Positions 47,574 to 56,700 of a DNA stretch of 64,000 nucleotides are shown here, piece after piece (the first letter of the stretch is position 1; the number at the start of each line of letters is the position of its first letter). The translations under genes and the position numbers were made by a program. The notes beneath the pieces are model-generated. The model worked only from the letters and a program-made list of their open reading frames with translations. It did not search any database and was not told where the DNA came from. Location: positions 1 to 64,000 of the forward strand of contig CAVWDL010000007.1 in assembly GCA_963753785.1 (NCBI GenBank), read 5' to 3'. The DNA is from an uncultured Candidatus Micrarchaeota archaeon. GTDB taxonomy: Archaea > Micrarchaeota > Micrarchaeia > Micrarchaeales > CABMGC01.

Positions 47574-47698
47574 TCTATCACTTCCGGTGGTTTCCACCGG
47601 CGTAGTTTTAGGATCCCTGTCTATTTAAGCGTTGGCAAAATGCGCCATAGGCTATAGAAAGCATTTGCGGCGAGGCTGCCTGAGTCCAGAGAAGGCAC

Positions 47699-48535
47699 TC
47701 ACTTGAGCCACAGCCTCTTCGACCTTATCAGGAAATAGGCGGAGAGCGAAACCAGGAAGAGGAAGAAGATTCCGGAGATCGATAACGCGAGGATTGCCTT
47801 GTCGGGTCCCCAGATTGTGCCGAGGATTACGAGGACTGTTGGACCGAGAATTGCAGCTCCCATCAGCGAGACGATGCCGCATGCGAACATGATGCTGGAT
47901 CGTTTCATCGTCTTGGTTGCGGTGGCTTCATCGATAATCTGAAGCCTGCCTCCGAACATTCCATTCAGGTCGGAAAGCGTCTTCCCTTTGTCATCCTTCA
48001 GGACTCCGATTGTGAGGGCACTCTTTGCTATCTCCGCTCCCCTGCCGTTGCGGTAGATCGCAATCACATAAGCAGGATCCGAGTCGGGGAGCGGTTGTAT
48101 ATAGTTTGGGTTTGAAGAAGGGGTCGTCTGTAGCGTGTTTAGAATTGGAGACCTCAGGTTCGGAGAGATCCTTATCGCGAATACTCCGGACATCGGGGTG
48201 AACCTCGCGCCCTTCATGTTCTTGAGCTCCTCGAAAGAGCGATTCATGAGACGGCCCTCCCTTCCGTTCCTTGTGTGCTGGTACAGGAGGACCAGCATTA
48301 TCACGGGAAGGATCAGCGCCGGTCCGACTCCGTTTACCGGCATGTATTCCCTAGGAATCGATGTGAGCAAGAACAGCCACTCCCCCATGGATACGACAAG
48401 GATGGCAGCGAAAAGCGTCCAGAACATATCGGAGAATATGGTCACCTTCAATATCCCTTCGGACGAGAGGTAGTAGTCCGCAGATGCATTCCTGAACCTG
48501 ATGGCTTCAGGGGCCTTCGCTTCGGTAGCATCCAT
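47699..48535 (-). CDS. integral membrane protein, hypothetical
   Basis: Several TM helices are separated by a central soluble domain. Confidence 0.5.
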   Translation of the reverse strand: MDATEAKAPEAIRFRNASADYYLSSEGILKVTIFSDMFWTLFAAILVVSMGEWLFLLTSIPREYMPVNGVGPALILPVIMLVLLYQHTRNGREGRLMNRSFEELKNMKGARFTPMSGVFAIRISPNLRSPILNTLQTTPSSNPNYIQPLPDSDPAYVIAIYRNGRGAEIAKSALTIGVLKDDKGKTLSDLNGMFGGRLQIIDEATATKTMKRSSIMFACGIVSLMGAAILGPTVLVILGTIWGPDKAILALSISGIFFLFLVSLSAYFLIRSKRLWLK

Positions 48536-48615
48536 CCCGACATCTCTGAATTCTCTTTCCAGTATTGTTTTTTAATCTTATCTGAAGCAGGGAAGGCCGG
48601 CGAGCAGGAAGGAAA

Positions 48616-49284
48616 TCACTTCTCGGCCATCGACTTCGCCTTCTTGAGGACGCGAACGAACATCTCCTTCGTGAGCTTGCCCGTGTTCGTATTCCTTGGG
48701 GAGACGTGGTAGGATGAGAGTATCGTGTACCTGCCTGCCTTGTGGACCGTCCCGTGGCCGAAGTCGTTGAACCCGGAGACGTCCACGCCCTCTAGCTCGA
48801 GAGTGTGCTTGAGCCACTTGAGTGCGAAGCCTCCCAGGGGCACTATGACCTTCGCGCCCTTGAGGGCGGCTAGCTCTGGCTGCAGGAAGTTGGTGATGCA
48901 TCTGTACGCCTCCACCCTCTCGGGGGTGTCTCCCGGCGGGGCGCACTTGACCACCGCTGTCACGTAAAGGTTCCTGAGAGTCAGGCCGTCGTCGATGCTC
49001 TTCGACTCCGGCTGGTTTGACATCCCCGCCCTGTAGACCCCGTCGAACAGGAAGTCCCCGGACGAGTCGCCGGTGAAGATCCTTCCGGTCCTGTTGCCAC
49101 CGTGCGCGGAGGGCGCGAGCCCAAGGATCAGCATCTTTGCCTTCGGGTCGCCGAATCCAGGCACGGGCCTGTGCCAGTACTTCCAGGAGGCGAACCTCTT
49201 CGCCGGAGCCACGGATTCCCTGTACGTTACGAGCCTCGGGCATCTCCTGCAGGCCGAGATGTCGTCCTTTAGGATGCGCTGCAT
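48616..49284 (-). CDS. uracil-DNA glycosylase superfamily protein (family 4/5, UdgB-like)
   Basis: The motifs CRRCPRL, GLAPSAHGGNRTGRIFTGD and HVSPRN are present. Confidence 0.8.
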   Translation of the reverse strand: MQRILKDDISACRRCPRLVTYRESVAPAKRFASWKYWHRPVPGFGDPKAKMLILGLAPSAHGGNRTGRIFTGDSSGDFLFDGVYRAGMSNQPESKSIDDGLTLRNLYVTAVVKCAPPGDTPERVEAYRCITNFLQPELAALKGAKVIVPLGGFALKWLKHTLELEGVDVSGFNDFGHGTVHKAGRYTILSSYHVSPRNTNTGKLTKEMFVRVLKKAKSMAEK

Positions 49285-49325
49285 GAGCTACACTTTGCCA
49301 ATTGGGCTATATATTGCTTAGCCCG

Positions 49326-50156
49326 CTAGCGGACGAAGTGCAGGCTTTTCCTCACGGCGTACAGCAACTGGTTGTCCACCATCCCCTGCCCGTATGAGTG
49401 GGCGTCCTTCCTCACGATGTCAAGCAGCGGATCGCTATAGGTTGTTCCGTTGATCTCGCCGACCGTCTTGCGCAGCTGCTCCACTGCTTCCTTGTCCCTG
49501 CGGGGATTGTAGCCGCCGATGCCTATCACCACGGTGGACCTCTCCGGATCCGACGAGATGCGGAGCTTCCAGTCATACACGACGGGGATGGATTCCTTGA
49601 ACGCATCGGAGTCAAGGGCGTCGCTTGGGAGGGGGGATCTTACCTTCACTGGAAACGCGGCTTGGTTCCATGCCTCGGGCATTGCCGCGGGCAGCGCCTT
49701 CGCGAGGGCGGCCGGATTCCACGAGTCCCACAGCAGCGACTCGGAATTGCGAAAGTCGGACATGTTGGTCAGCTCGCGGACGGGATGCACGGGGGATTCC
49801 TCAGCATACACCCTGACCAATCCGCTATTGGACTTGATCAGGTTACCCGAACCGTACCTTTGCAGTATCCTGTCCATGGTATCGCCATCGGGCTCGAAGG
49901 TGAACAGGAGCCATCCTACCTTCCCTTCCTTGTATCCGTGCGCCATCCCTGCCCTGCTCGGGATGCAGCCATCCTTATTCACCTCTTCGAACACCGCCCT
50001 CGGATTCAAATCGCCTTGCTGGGTCAGTGGGCACTTCTCCAGCATGGTCTCCAACAGCTCCGGAAGAGGAACGGTCTTTGGGACGGTCCTGCTTGATCCG
50101 AAGAAGGAACCTTGGTGCGAGTGCTGTCCTGATTTATCACTGACGCTCACTGTCAT
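49326..50156 (-). CDS. hypothetical protein
   Basis: Composition is normal. The overlapping plus-strand ORFs 49398..50096 and 49519..50256 were rejected. Confidence 0.45.
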   Translation of the reverse strand: MTVSVSDKSGQHSHQGSFFGSSRTVPKTVPLPELLETMLEKCPLTQQGDLNPRAVFEEVNKDGCIPSRAGMAHGYKEGKVGWLLFTFEPDGDTMDRILQRYGSGNLIKSNSGLVRVYAEESPVHPVRELTNMSDFRNSESLLWDSWNPAALAKALPAAMPEAWNQAAFPVKVRSPLPSDALDSDAFKESIPVVYDWKLRISSDPERSTVVIGIGGYNPRRDKEAVEQLRKTVGEINGTTYSDPLLDIVRKDAHSYGQGMVDNQLLYAVRKSLHFVR

Positions 50157-50285
50157 CCTACCACCGGGTAGATTGTGCTTTTGGATTGTTTATATTCGTT
50201 GTGTACGAATTTTCGCCGGAGCGGCTTCCTGTCCGCGCTTGAAAAGCGGAAGCTAAGGGGAAATAAGGGTGCGGGCATTCGGAGC

Positions 50286-50978
50286 CTATATGCTACTCAG
50301 CCTGAGCTTGATCTCCTCGCCCGTTAGCTTTGTCGTTAGGAGAGGTATCTTCTCTATCTGCGCTATCTTGACCGCCAGCTTGTCGATCGTGTCGACGTTC
50401 TGTATGACCACGAGCCTCGGCTTAATTGTCGCGACCCTGATGACGACCATAGGGGACCTCCCGGTGCTGACCTGGTCGAAGATGAACGCCCTCTCCGTCG
50501 TGTTCCCGAAGAGCTTCGGGTACTCGTTGGGGGACATCTCAAGTATGATCTTCAGGCTGTCTATCATGGTGTATCCGAAGAGCTTGATGGTGTCAAGGAA
50601 ATTCGGGTTGGCCGCGATCTTCGCGTCTATGATCCTCGAGAAGTCCATTCCGCTGATCGGGGTCGAGAAGTCCTTTATGGAGTATGCGCTGCCCGCGTCC
50701 TCCTTGACCAGCGTTAGCTTCTGGAGGTTCCTCGTGACCTCGGATCCCTTCTGCTCGTCCAGGACTATGAGGGACTTGACGAACCTCTTGATTATTCCGA
50801 CGCCGGGGCTGACCCTCCTGTTTCCCTCGTAGTCGCTTATGGTTGATGCTGATATCTTGAGGTACTTGGCGAGCTCGACCTGCGAGATACCGAAGAGCTC
50901 CCTCCACTTCTTCATTGTGCTCCCGGCGCTCTCCGCCATCGCTATCTCTCCGGCTATTTTCTCCTCTAAATCGTCCAT
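50286..50978 (-). CDS. XRE-family helix-turn-helix domain protein (putative transcriptional regulator with C-terminal domain)
   Basis: The HTH is WRELFGISQVELAKYLKISASTISDYEGN. Confidence 0.65.
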   Translation of the reverse strand: MDDLEEKIAGEIAMAESAGSTMKKWRELFGISQVELAKYLKISASTISDYEGNRRVSPGVGIIKRFVKSLIVLDEQKGSEVTRNLQKLTLVKEDAGSAYSIKDFSTPISGMDFSRIIDAKIAANPNFLDTIKLFGYTMIDSLKIILEMSPNEYPKLFGNTTERAFIFDQVSTGRSPMVVIRVATIKPRLVVIQNVDTIDKLAVKIAQIEKIPLLTTKLTGEEIKLRLSSI

Positions 50979-51299
50979 AGATGGTTTCCTCAGTAAGGAT
51001 TTAATAAGCTATTTGACGAAGTCGGATTCGGCAGTCCGAGATCCGGATGAAATAGGAAGGGGCGTGCGTGGTTGGTCGAGACGCTGCAGAGGCGCGCGGG
51101 CAAGGGATGGGTTATAGGATGGGCTCCTAAAATAGTAGCCCGCGCACTTGCAGGATCTTCGTGTCCAACCATGTACACGACCCCGGTTCCTAAGATATGG
51201 TATGGATTCCGTGATTAATATACATGCCTAAAAATTACAAAATGCACCACTATTTCTGTCATTTTGTAAAGTGGCAGGATTTGCAGGGAAAGCAGCGGG

Positions 51300-51872
51300 T
51301 CAGCGCTCCCTCCTCGTCCTGGACTTGTCGACCATCGTGGCGAAGACCATGCCGAATACCCAAGAGAGGAGTATGCCGTAGGGGTACGCCCCGAGGTAGA
51401 ACATGTATATCGCTGCGGCGAGCAGCGCGGCCTCAAGCACGCCGAGCTCCTCCAAGTACCTCCTGACTCCCTTGCTCCTTACGCGCTTCACCTTCCTCGT
51501 GTGGACGAAGCTCGCCACGTGGTCGAGGAAGTAGACGTTGGCTATGCCGAACGCGAACGCGGAGATCGCGCTCTCGATGAAGAATCCGTAGATGAAGAAG
51601 ACGACCACGACGTAGAGGGCGGCCATGTCTATTATGCCCGTCTCCTCCAGCCTCGACAGCCCGGCCTTCGGGTTCTTCCCGTGGGGGCCCCTGTGCAGCC
51701 TCCTCCTCAGCTTCGAAGAGACCGCGACGAGCACGAAGAGCGCCACCAGTATCGAGATGGGGATTATGAGCGCCTCCACCGGGGGCGGAGGGAGGCTGAC
51801 AGGTCCGGATGCAGAGAGGAGCGGCATCGCTGGGATTAGCGAAAGCAATGCGCCGTCTCCCATGCAGTACAT
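51300..51872 (-). CDS. membrane protein, hypothetical
   Basis: Hydrophobic helices and basic loops are present. The start is uncertain. Confidence 0.4.
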   Translation of the reverse strand: MYCMGDGALLSLIPAMPLLSASGPVSLPPPPVEALIIPISILVALFVLVAVSSKLRRRLHRGPHGKNPKAGLSRLEETGIIDMAALYVVVVFFIYGFFIESAISAFAFGIANVYFLDHVASFVHTRKVKRVRSKGVRRYLEELGVLEAALLAAAIYMFYLGAYPYGILLSWVFGMVFATMVDKSRTRRER

Positions 51873-51896
51873 GCTACTCTCTCAGCCTTGCAGTAT

Positions 51897-53598
51897 TTAT
51901 TTCTTGCTTTTCCCCTTCTGGGTCTTCTTTGCCGCCTTTGCGGTCTTTGCTGCCTTTGCAGTTTTTGCCGCGGGAGCGGGTTTCGCCCTGGCTGCGGGTT
52001 TCGCCTCCGGCCTCTTTCTCATCGCAAGGAAGTAGTACGCCGCGAGGAACACCACCAGCGCCGCGATTCCTATCGGCAGGACTGGAGGGACGGACCTGGG
52101 GGCCGATGACGCCTCGGTTCCGCCTCCCTTCACGCTAGTCGGCGCGTTCGCGGCTGGCGCTGTGGTCGTCGCGATTGAAGTGGCGGAGGACACTGCGGCG
52201 ATATCGGCTGTTTGCTGCAGGGGCATTATGAACACCGCTATGTCGGAGGTGTGGAGTATCGGCAGATAGGATATCTTGGTTAGGTTGACGAAGTAGCCGT
52301 ATCCCTCCATTCGCTCTATCACCTGGTCCTCCCCGAGGGACAGCGTGAAGTTCTGGCCGTTTATCGTGACCCCGACGGATGTAGGGGAGATGAAGTTGAG
52401 CGTGAGCCTGAAGACCTTCCCGTCGACCTCGAACCAGGTCGTGTTCATCTGCGAGAAGTTCAGCACCTCGTAGCCGGTCGCGTTGAGCGCGGGATCGTAG
52501 TAGCGGATCAGGTTCGTGACGTTTCCGCCACCGCCACCTCCGCCGCCTCCACCGCCGCCGTTGCTGGCAGGGACGTATGGGATGGTGCTCATCGATGTCG
52601 TGACCGTAGTGGACGTGCTGGTGGAGCTGATGCCGGTGCTGTTGGTCACCGTCACTGTGGTGGTTGCGGTTCCCGTGTCTCCCTCGCTGTCGTTGACTTT
52701 CACCTCGTATGAGAGGGTCTGTGACACATGGGTCGTGAAGACCGTGAACTGAGGGCACGCAGGAGACGTACTGGTGCATATGAGGCCCGCCGTACCCAAG
52801 GTCACGTTGTAGAAGGAGTATGTGTAGGCGCCAGCTCCTGTTTCGGCGGAGAGCGTAATCCCGTCCCCGCTGATGACGTTATTCGCACTGACGGAATTCG
52901 CAGGGGTTGCGTACAGCGTTACGCTAATCGAGGAAGTGATCGTCGTTGTGGTCGAACTCGTGGTGGTCGATGTCGTGCTTGTGGAGGTTGACGAGGAAGT
53001 GGTCGGGATGGAAGTGGACGTGCTTGTAGAGGTGGAGATGAGGGTAGTTGAAGATGAGGTCGTCGAGGTGCATGTGCTTGTAGAGGTCGATGTTGACGTG
53101 GTACTCGTGGAGGTCGAAGTGGAAGTGTGATGTTGTGGACGTGCTTGATGTAGATGTGCTCTCGACAGTCGAGGTGGAGGTGGATGTCGTGGAGAGGGTC
53201 GTGGTGCTAGTCGTCGTAGGGACGTTGAGCGTTATGGATGGCGTGGCGGAGGAGGTGTAATTCGTGCCTGTGTCTGTGACAACGACGTTGATGACGCAGT
53301 CCGAAGTGCCGTCGGTGGGAAAGTAGGTGAAGGAGGAGACGTCTCCGGGGTCGACGAAGCCGTTGCAGTTGCCGCCGGCTATTGTCCAGACGTATGTGTA
53401 CACGCCCGTCCCTCCGACGACAGCGGCAGATATCGATACGGCGTCGCCGGGATTCGGGGATGTCGGGATCGCGGAGATGGATGAAACAGAGAGGGATCCG
53501 GAATCGGCCCTAGCAACGCTAGCGAATACCAAGAAGAAAAGCAAAGCTAACGACAGAAGTCGTGGTCGCCGACAGTCCATGCTCCTATCTTTAATCAC
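51897..53598 (-). pseudogene. surface protein: signal peptide, Ig-like domain, S/T-rich linker, second Ig-like domain, poly-Gly, conserved C-terminal domain, TM anchor, K/A-rich tail; single frameshift near 53128
   Basis: Track ORF 52924..53598 turns His-rich (HFHFDLHEYH...) where the S/T region continues in the frame of ORF 51897..52805. That frame is open through the linker. The Ig-like domain (GTGVYTYVWTIAGGNCNGF...CVINVVVTD) and the CTD (GYEVLNFSQ...ISYLPILHT) are shared with 53725..58824. Confidence 0.55.
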
Positions 53599-53724
53599 GC
53601 ACTTTTATAAGACATATGCATGATAAGCTGCGAGCACATGACGGGAAAGGATAGGGGAAGGGTAGCATAAGGCGGACCCGCGCGATTGACGCGCGGGTAG
53701 CCCCATGCAAGTCAGGCGTCTCTC

Positions 53725-56700
53725 CTATCTCTTTCTCTTTGAGCCTCTCCTGGGCCTCGTCGCCATGTAGCCGACTATTATGGCGGCGGCCACTCCCACC
53801 ATCGCGGGCACCACGAGGGGCAGCGAGGATCCGCCGCTTCCCGAGGTGCTTGCGGGCGCCGCGGCAGTGCTTGCGGGCGCCGCCGTCGATGCGGGCGCCA
53901 CTGTCGTGGTCACCTGCGTCGGGGACGACTCCGAACCGCAAACGAGCAGCGTCACCGTGTGCAGCGCCGGCAGGTAGGACACGTTTGTTATGTCGGCGTA
54001 GTAGTTGCCCTTGAAGGTCTGTGTCTCGTTGACCTTCAGGTTGAGCTGCTGGCCGTTTATCAGCACCATGGCGCCGGTCGGGGAGATCGATCCCTCAGAG
54101 ATGTTAAGGGTGTTGCCGTAGATCCGCATCGAGACGGTGTTGTTCTCGCTTAAGTTCCTCACCTGGTAGCAGGACTGCGTTCGCAGGTGGTTCGTGCTCG
54201 CGTAAGGCAGGACCACAGGGAGCTGCCTAAGCTCGGTCGCGTTGCCGTTCGGCTGACCGTAGACCTGCAGCGTTATCGTGTGCAGTATCGGCAGGTAGGA
54301 GATGTTCATGAGCTCCACGTAGTAGCTGTAGTTCACCGGGTCTATGAAGGCCACGGGGCTTCCCGGAGTCAGGGTGAACGTCTGGTTGTTGACGGTCACG
54401 CCCGCGTCGGTGTCCGATATGAAGTTCACTACGACGGTGATTGTCTTGTTGCCGAGGTGCAGGGTCTGGGCGTTCGTCTGCGCCAGGTCGGATACGCTGT
54501 AGCCTGTCTGGGTCCCGTTGTTGTAGACTACGACTGTCGGAAGGAAAGTGCCTCCGCCGCCACCTCCGCCACCGCCACCTCCGCCGCCTCCGCCCCCGCC
54601 GGAATTGCCGCTTCCGCCGGTGCTTCCGCTTCCTCCGCTGGAGGTTGTCACGTTGACGATCGTAACGGTGAATGCCGCGTTGGCGGTGTCATTGTACGCG
54701 TCTTTCGCGGTGCACGTCACAATGGTGTTGCCTATCGGGAAGGTCGAGCCTGAAACCAGCGTTCCTGATGCGCATGCAACAGGGACGGGAACTCCGTAGA
54801 GGTCGTTCGCCGTAGGTGCCGTCCATGACGCTGTCGCTCCCGAAGAGCTGGTCGAGTTCTCGACTATGTTCGCGGGCATGCCCGAAATGGTAGGAGGCAT
54901 CTTTGCGTTTACGGCTATCAGCCCAGTGTCCACTGTGTTGGTCGCGTACCCGTCGTTCACGGTGAATGCGAATATGCAGTTAGCCGTTGTCGCGGTCGGG
55001 GCGTATGTGAACGTGTTGGACGTCACCGTCGGCGAGAATCCGGGGCACGATGCTCCTGAGGCGACGGCCCACGAGTAGATGTAAGTTCCGGATCCCCCTG
55101 TCGCAACCGCGTTTACAGGTATGCCCTGCACGGAGTTGGATGAGAACGCGCCTGCCGGCTGCGTGACCGTCGCGGTCAGCGCAGGGTTGACTGTCACGGA
55201 CCCTGTGGGCGAGTACGCTACGAAAGGACCAGAGTTCACCCTGTAGTAGTAGAAGGTGTTCGCGGCGGGCGCCACGTTCAGGCTCGGGCCCGCGGTGGTC
55301 CCCATCGCGTGCAGCACAGTCCCGTTGAGGGCTGCGTAGTAGGAGCTAAGGTTAGTCACCTGAAGCATTCCTGCCGCCTGGTCCTGCTCGAGCATGTTGG
55401 ACACCGACGCGAAGTCGGCCTTCGAGTACGCTATGGAGGTCGACGGATCTCCCGGGGACACGTTGATTATGTGGAACGTCAGTATCAGCAGTCCGTTCTC
55501 AGGTATCACGTACTTGCTCAGGTAGTTCGACAGGTTCGCCGGAGTGACGCTGGGCGTCATCACGAGGGACTGCACCCTCATCGAGAGGTTGTACGGGTCG
55601 TCAGGATACATGTTAGGCTGTGTGATTCCGTAGCCGAGGGCCCTCGCCATCACGTAGTTGCCCTGCTTCTCTATCTGGCTTATCACAAGGCTGTTGTAGA
55701 CCTGGTTTATGACGGCGCTGTCGTAGGCCCCGTTGGGATAGGCGAAGAACATGTCGCCGCCCCCGAGGCTGTTGCTCTGAAGCACGCTGTAGCTCGCCGC
55801 GAGCTCGTAGTTGTTGTTGACGTTGATCGTCGCGTTGTCCGCTGTCTCCTCCACCAGGTTCGCGTGGTTCATGGTGTGGCTGGATATGTCCCAGCCGTCG
55901 GCGTACAGCTGCCTGAGCTCGGTCATGTTGATGCACCTGACCACTCCGCATCCGTCCCCTGCGCCGTCCCCTATCTGGTTGGCGACCAGGTATGCGACCC
56001 CCGTCTGGTGGTTGATCTTCATTATGGGGGTTGCGTTTATCAGAATGCTATTCCACGAGCCGTCGAAGGTGAGCACGACCTGCGCCCTGTTGAACGCGCC
56101 TCCGGCGTAGTTCTCCTTCAGCGGTCCGAAGTTTATCTCGGTGCTGTGCTCGATCGTTGCGTTCTTAAGGGATGCAGCGAACTGCACCCCGGTTATGCTG
56201 CCCCACGAAGGGGTTCCCACAACGGTGCAGGCGGATTTCGCTATGACCACGGGGTTCCATCCGTTCTCGAGCCCTCCCGACTGGATGCCGCACTGGTAGT
56301 AGCTTCCGCCGTCGAGCAGGTAGAGCGTGATGCCGAAGCTCCCCACGGGGGCGAGCTGGCTGACGTTCCTTATGTAAGTCCAGAAGTAGAAGTTCGCCGC
56401 GCTGCTCAGGTCGAGGCTCTCGGTCCTTGAGATGGCCCCGCTTGCGGTCTCAGGTGCTATGCTGAGGGCTATCGAACTTCCGCCCTCAACGAAGGTGGTC
56501 GTATCCACGGCCACCGTGCTGCCTTTCCAGGTCGTCGTCCACGCGGCGGAGTTCATCGCGTCAAGCATCGTCCCCTGGCCGTATGCGCTGGAAGTGTTCC
56601 AGGGCCTTGAGACCGCGCTCGATGTGCTGCTGTACCACTGGTAGGTGTAGGCGCCGCTGCCTCCGGAAGGAGTCGCGGTGAGAGTGACGCTGTGCCCGAG

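Noticed and set aside
49398-50256. Plus-strand ORFs of 232 and 245 aa
   Set aside because: They are antisense to the compositionally normal minus-strand gene 49326..50156. No promoter-like box lies upstream.
52795-52806. Possible extra frameshift at the GTG start of ORF 51897..52805
   Set aside because: My base-by-base reading near 52800 (CCCAAGGG vs CCCAAGG) disagreed with the supplied ORF track by one G. I trust the computed track, and the frame is open through the S/T linker, so I assign only one frameshift (about 53128) to this gene.
52873-53130. Val/Glu/Asp-rich plus ORFs (also 36819..37118, 39456..39965, 57218..57595, 59980..60210)
   Set aside because: They are the complement of Ser/Thr-rich linker codons (ACC/TCC/AGC read as GGT/GGA/GCT etc.). 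They are artefacts of low-complexity coding sequence.
54548-54799. Poly-proline ORFs (PPPPPPPPPPPPPPPP), also 52516..52752
   Set aside because: They are the reverse complement of the poly-Gly tracts of the surface proteins.
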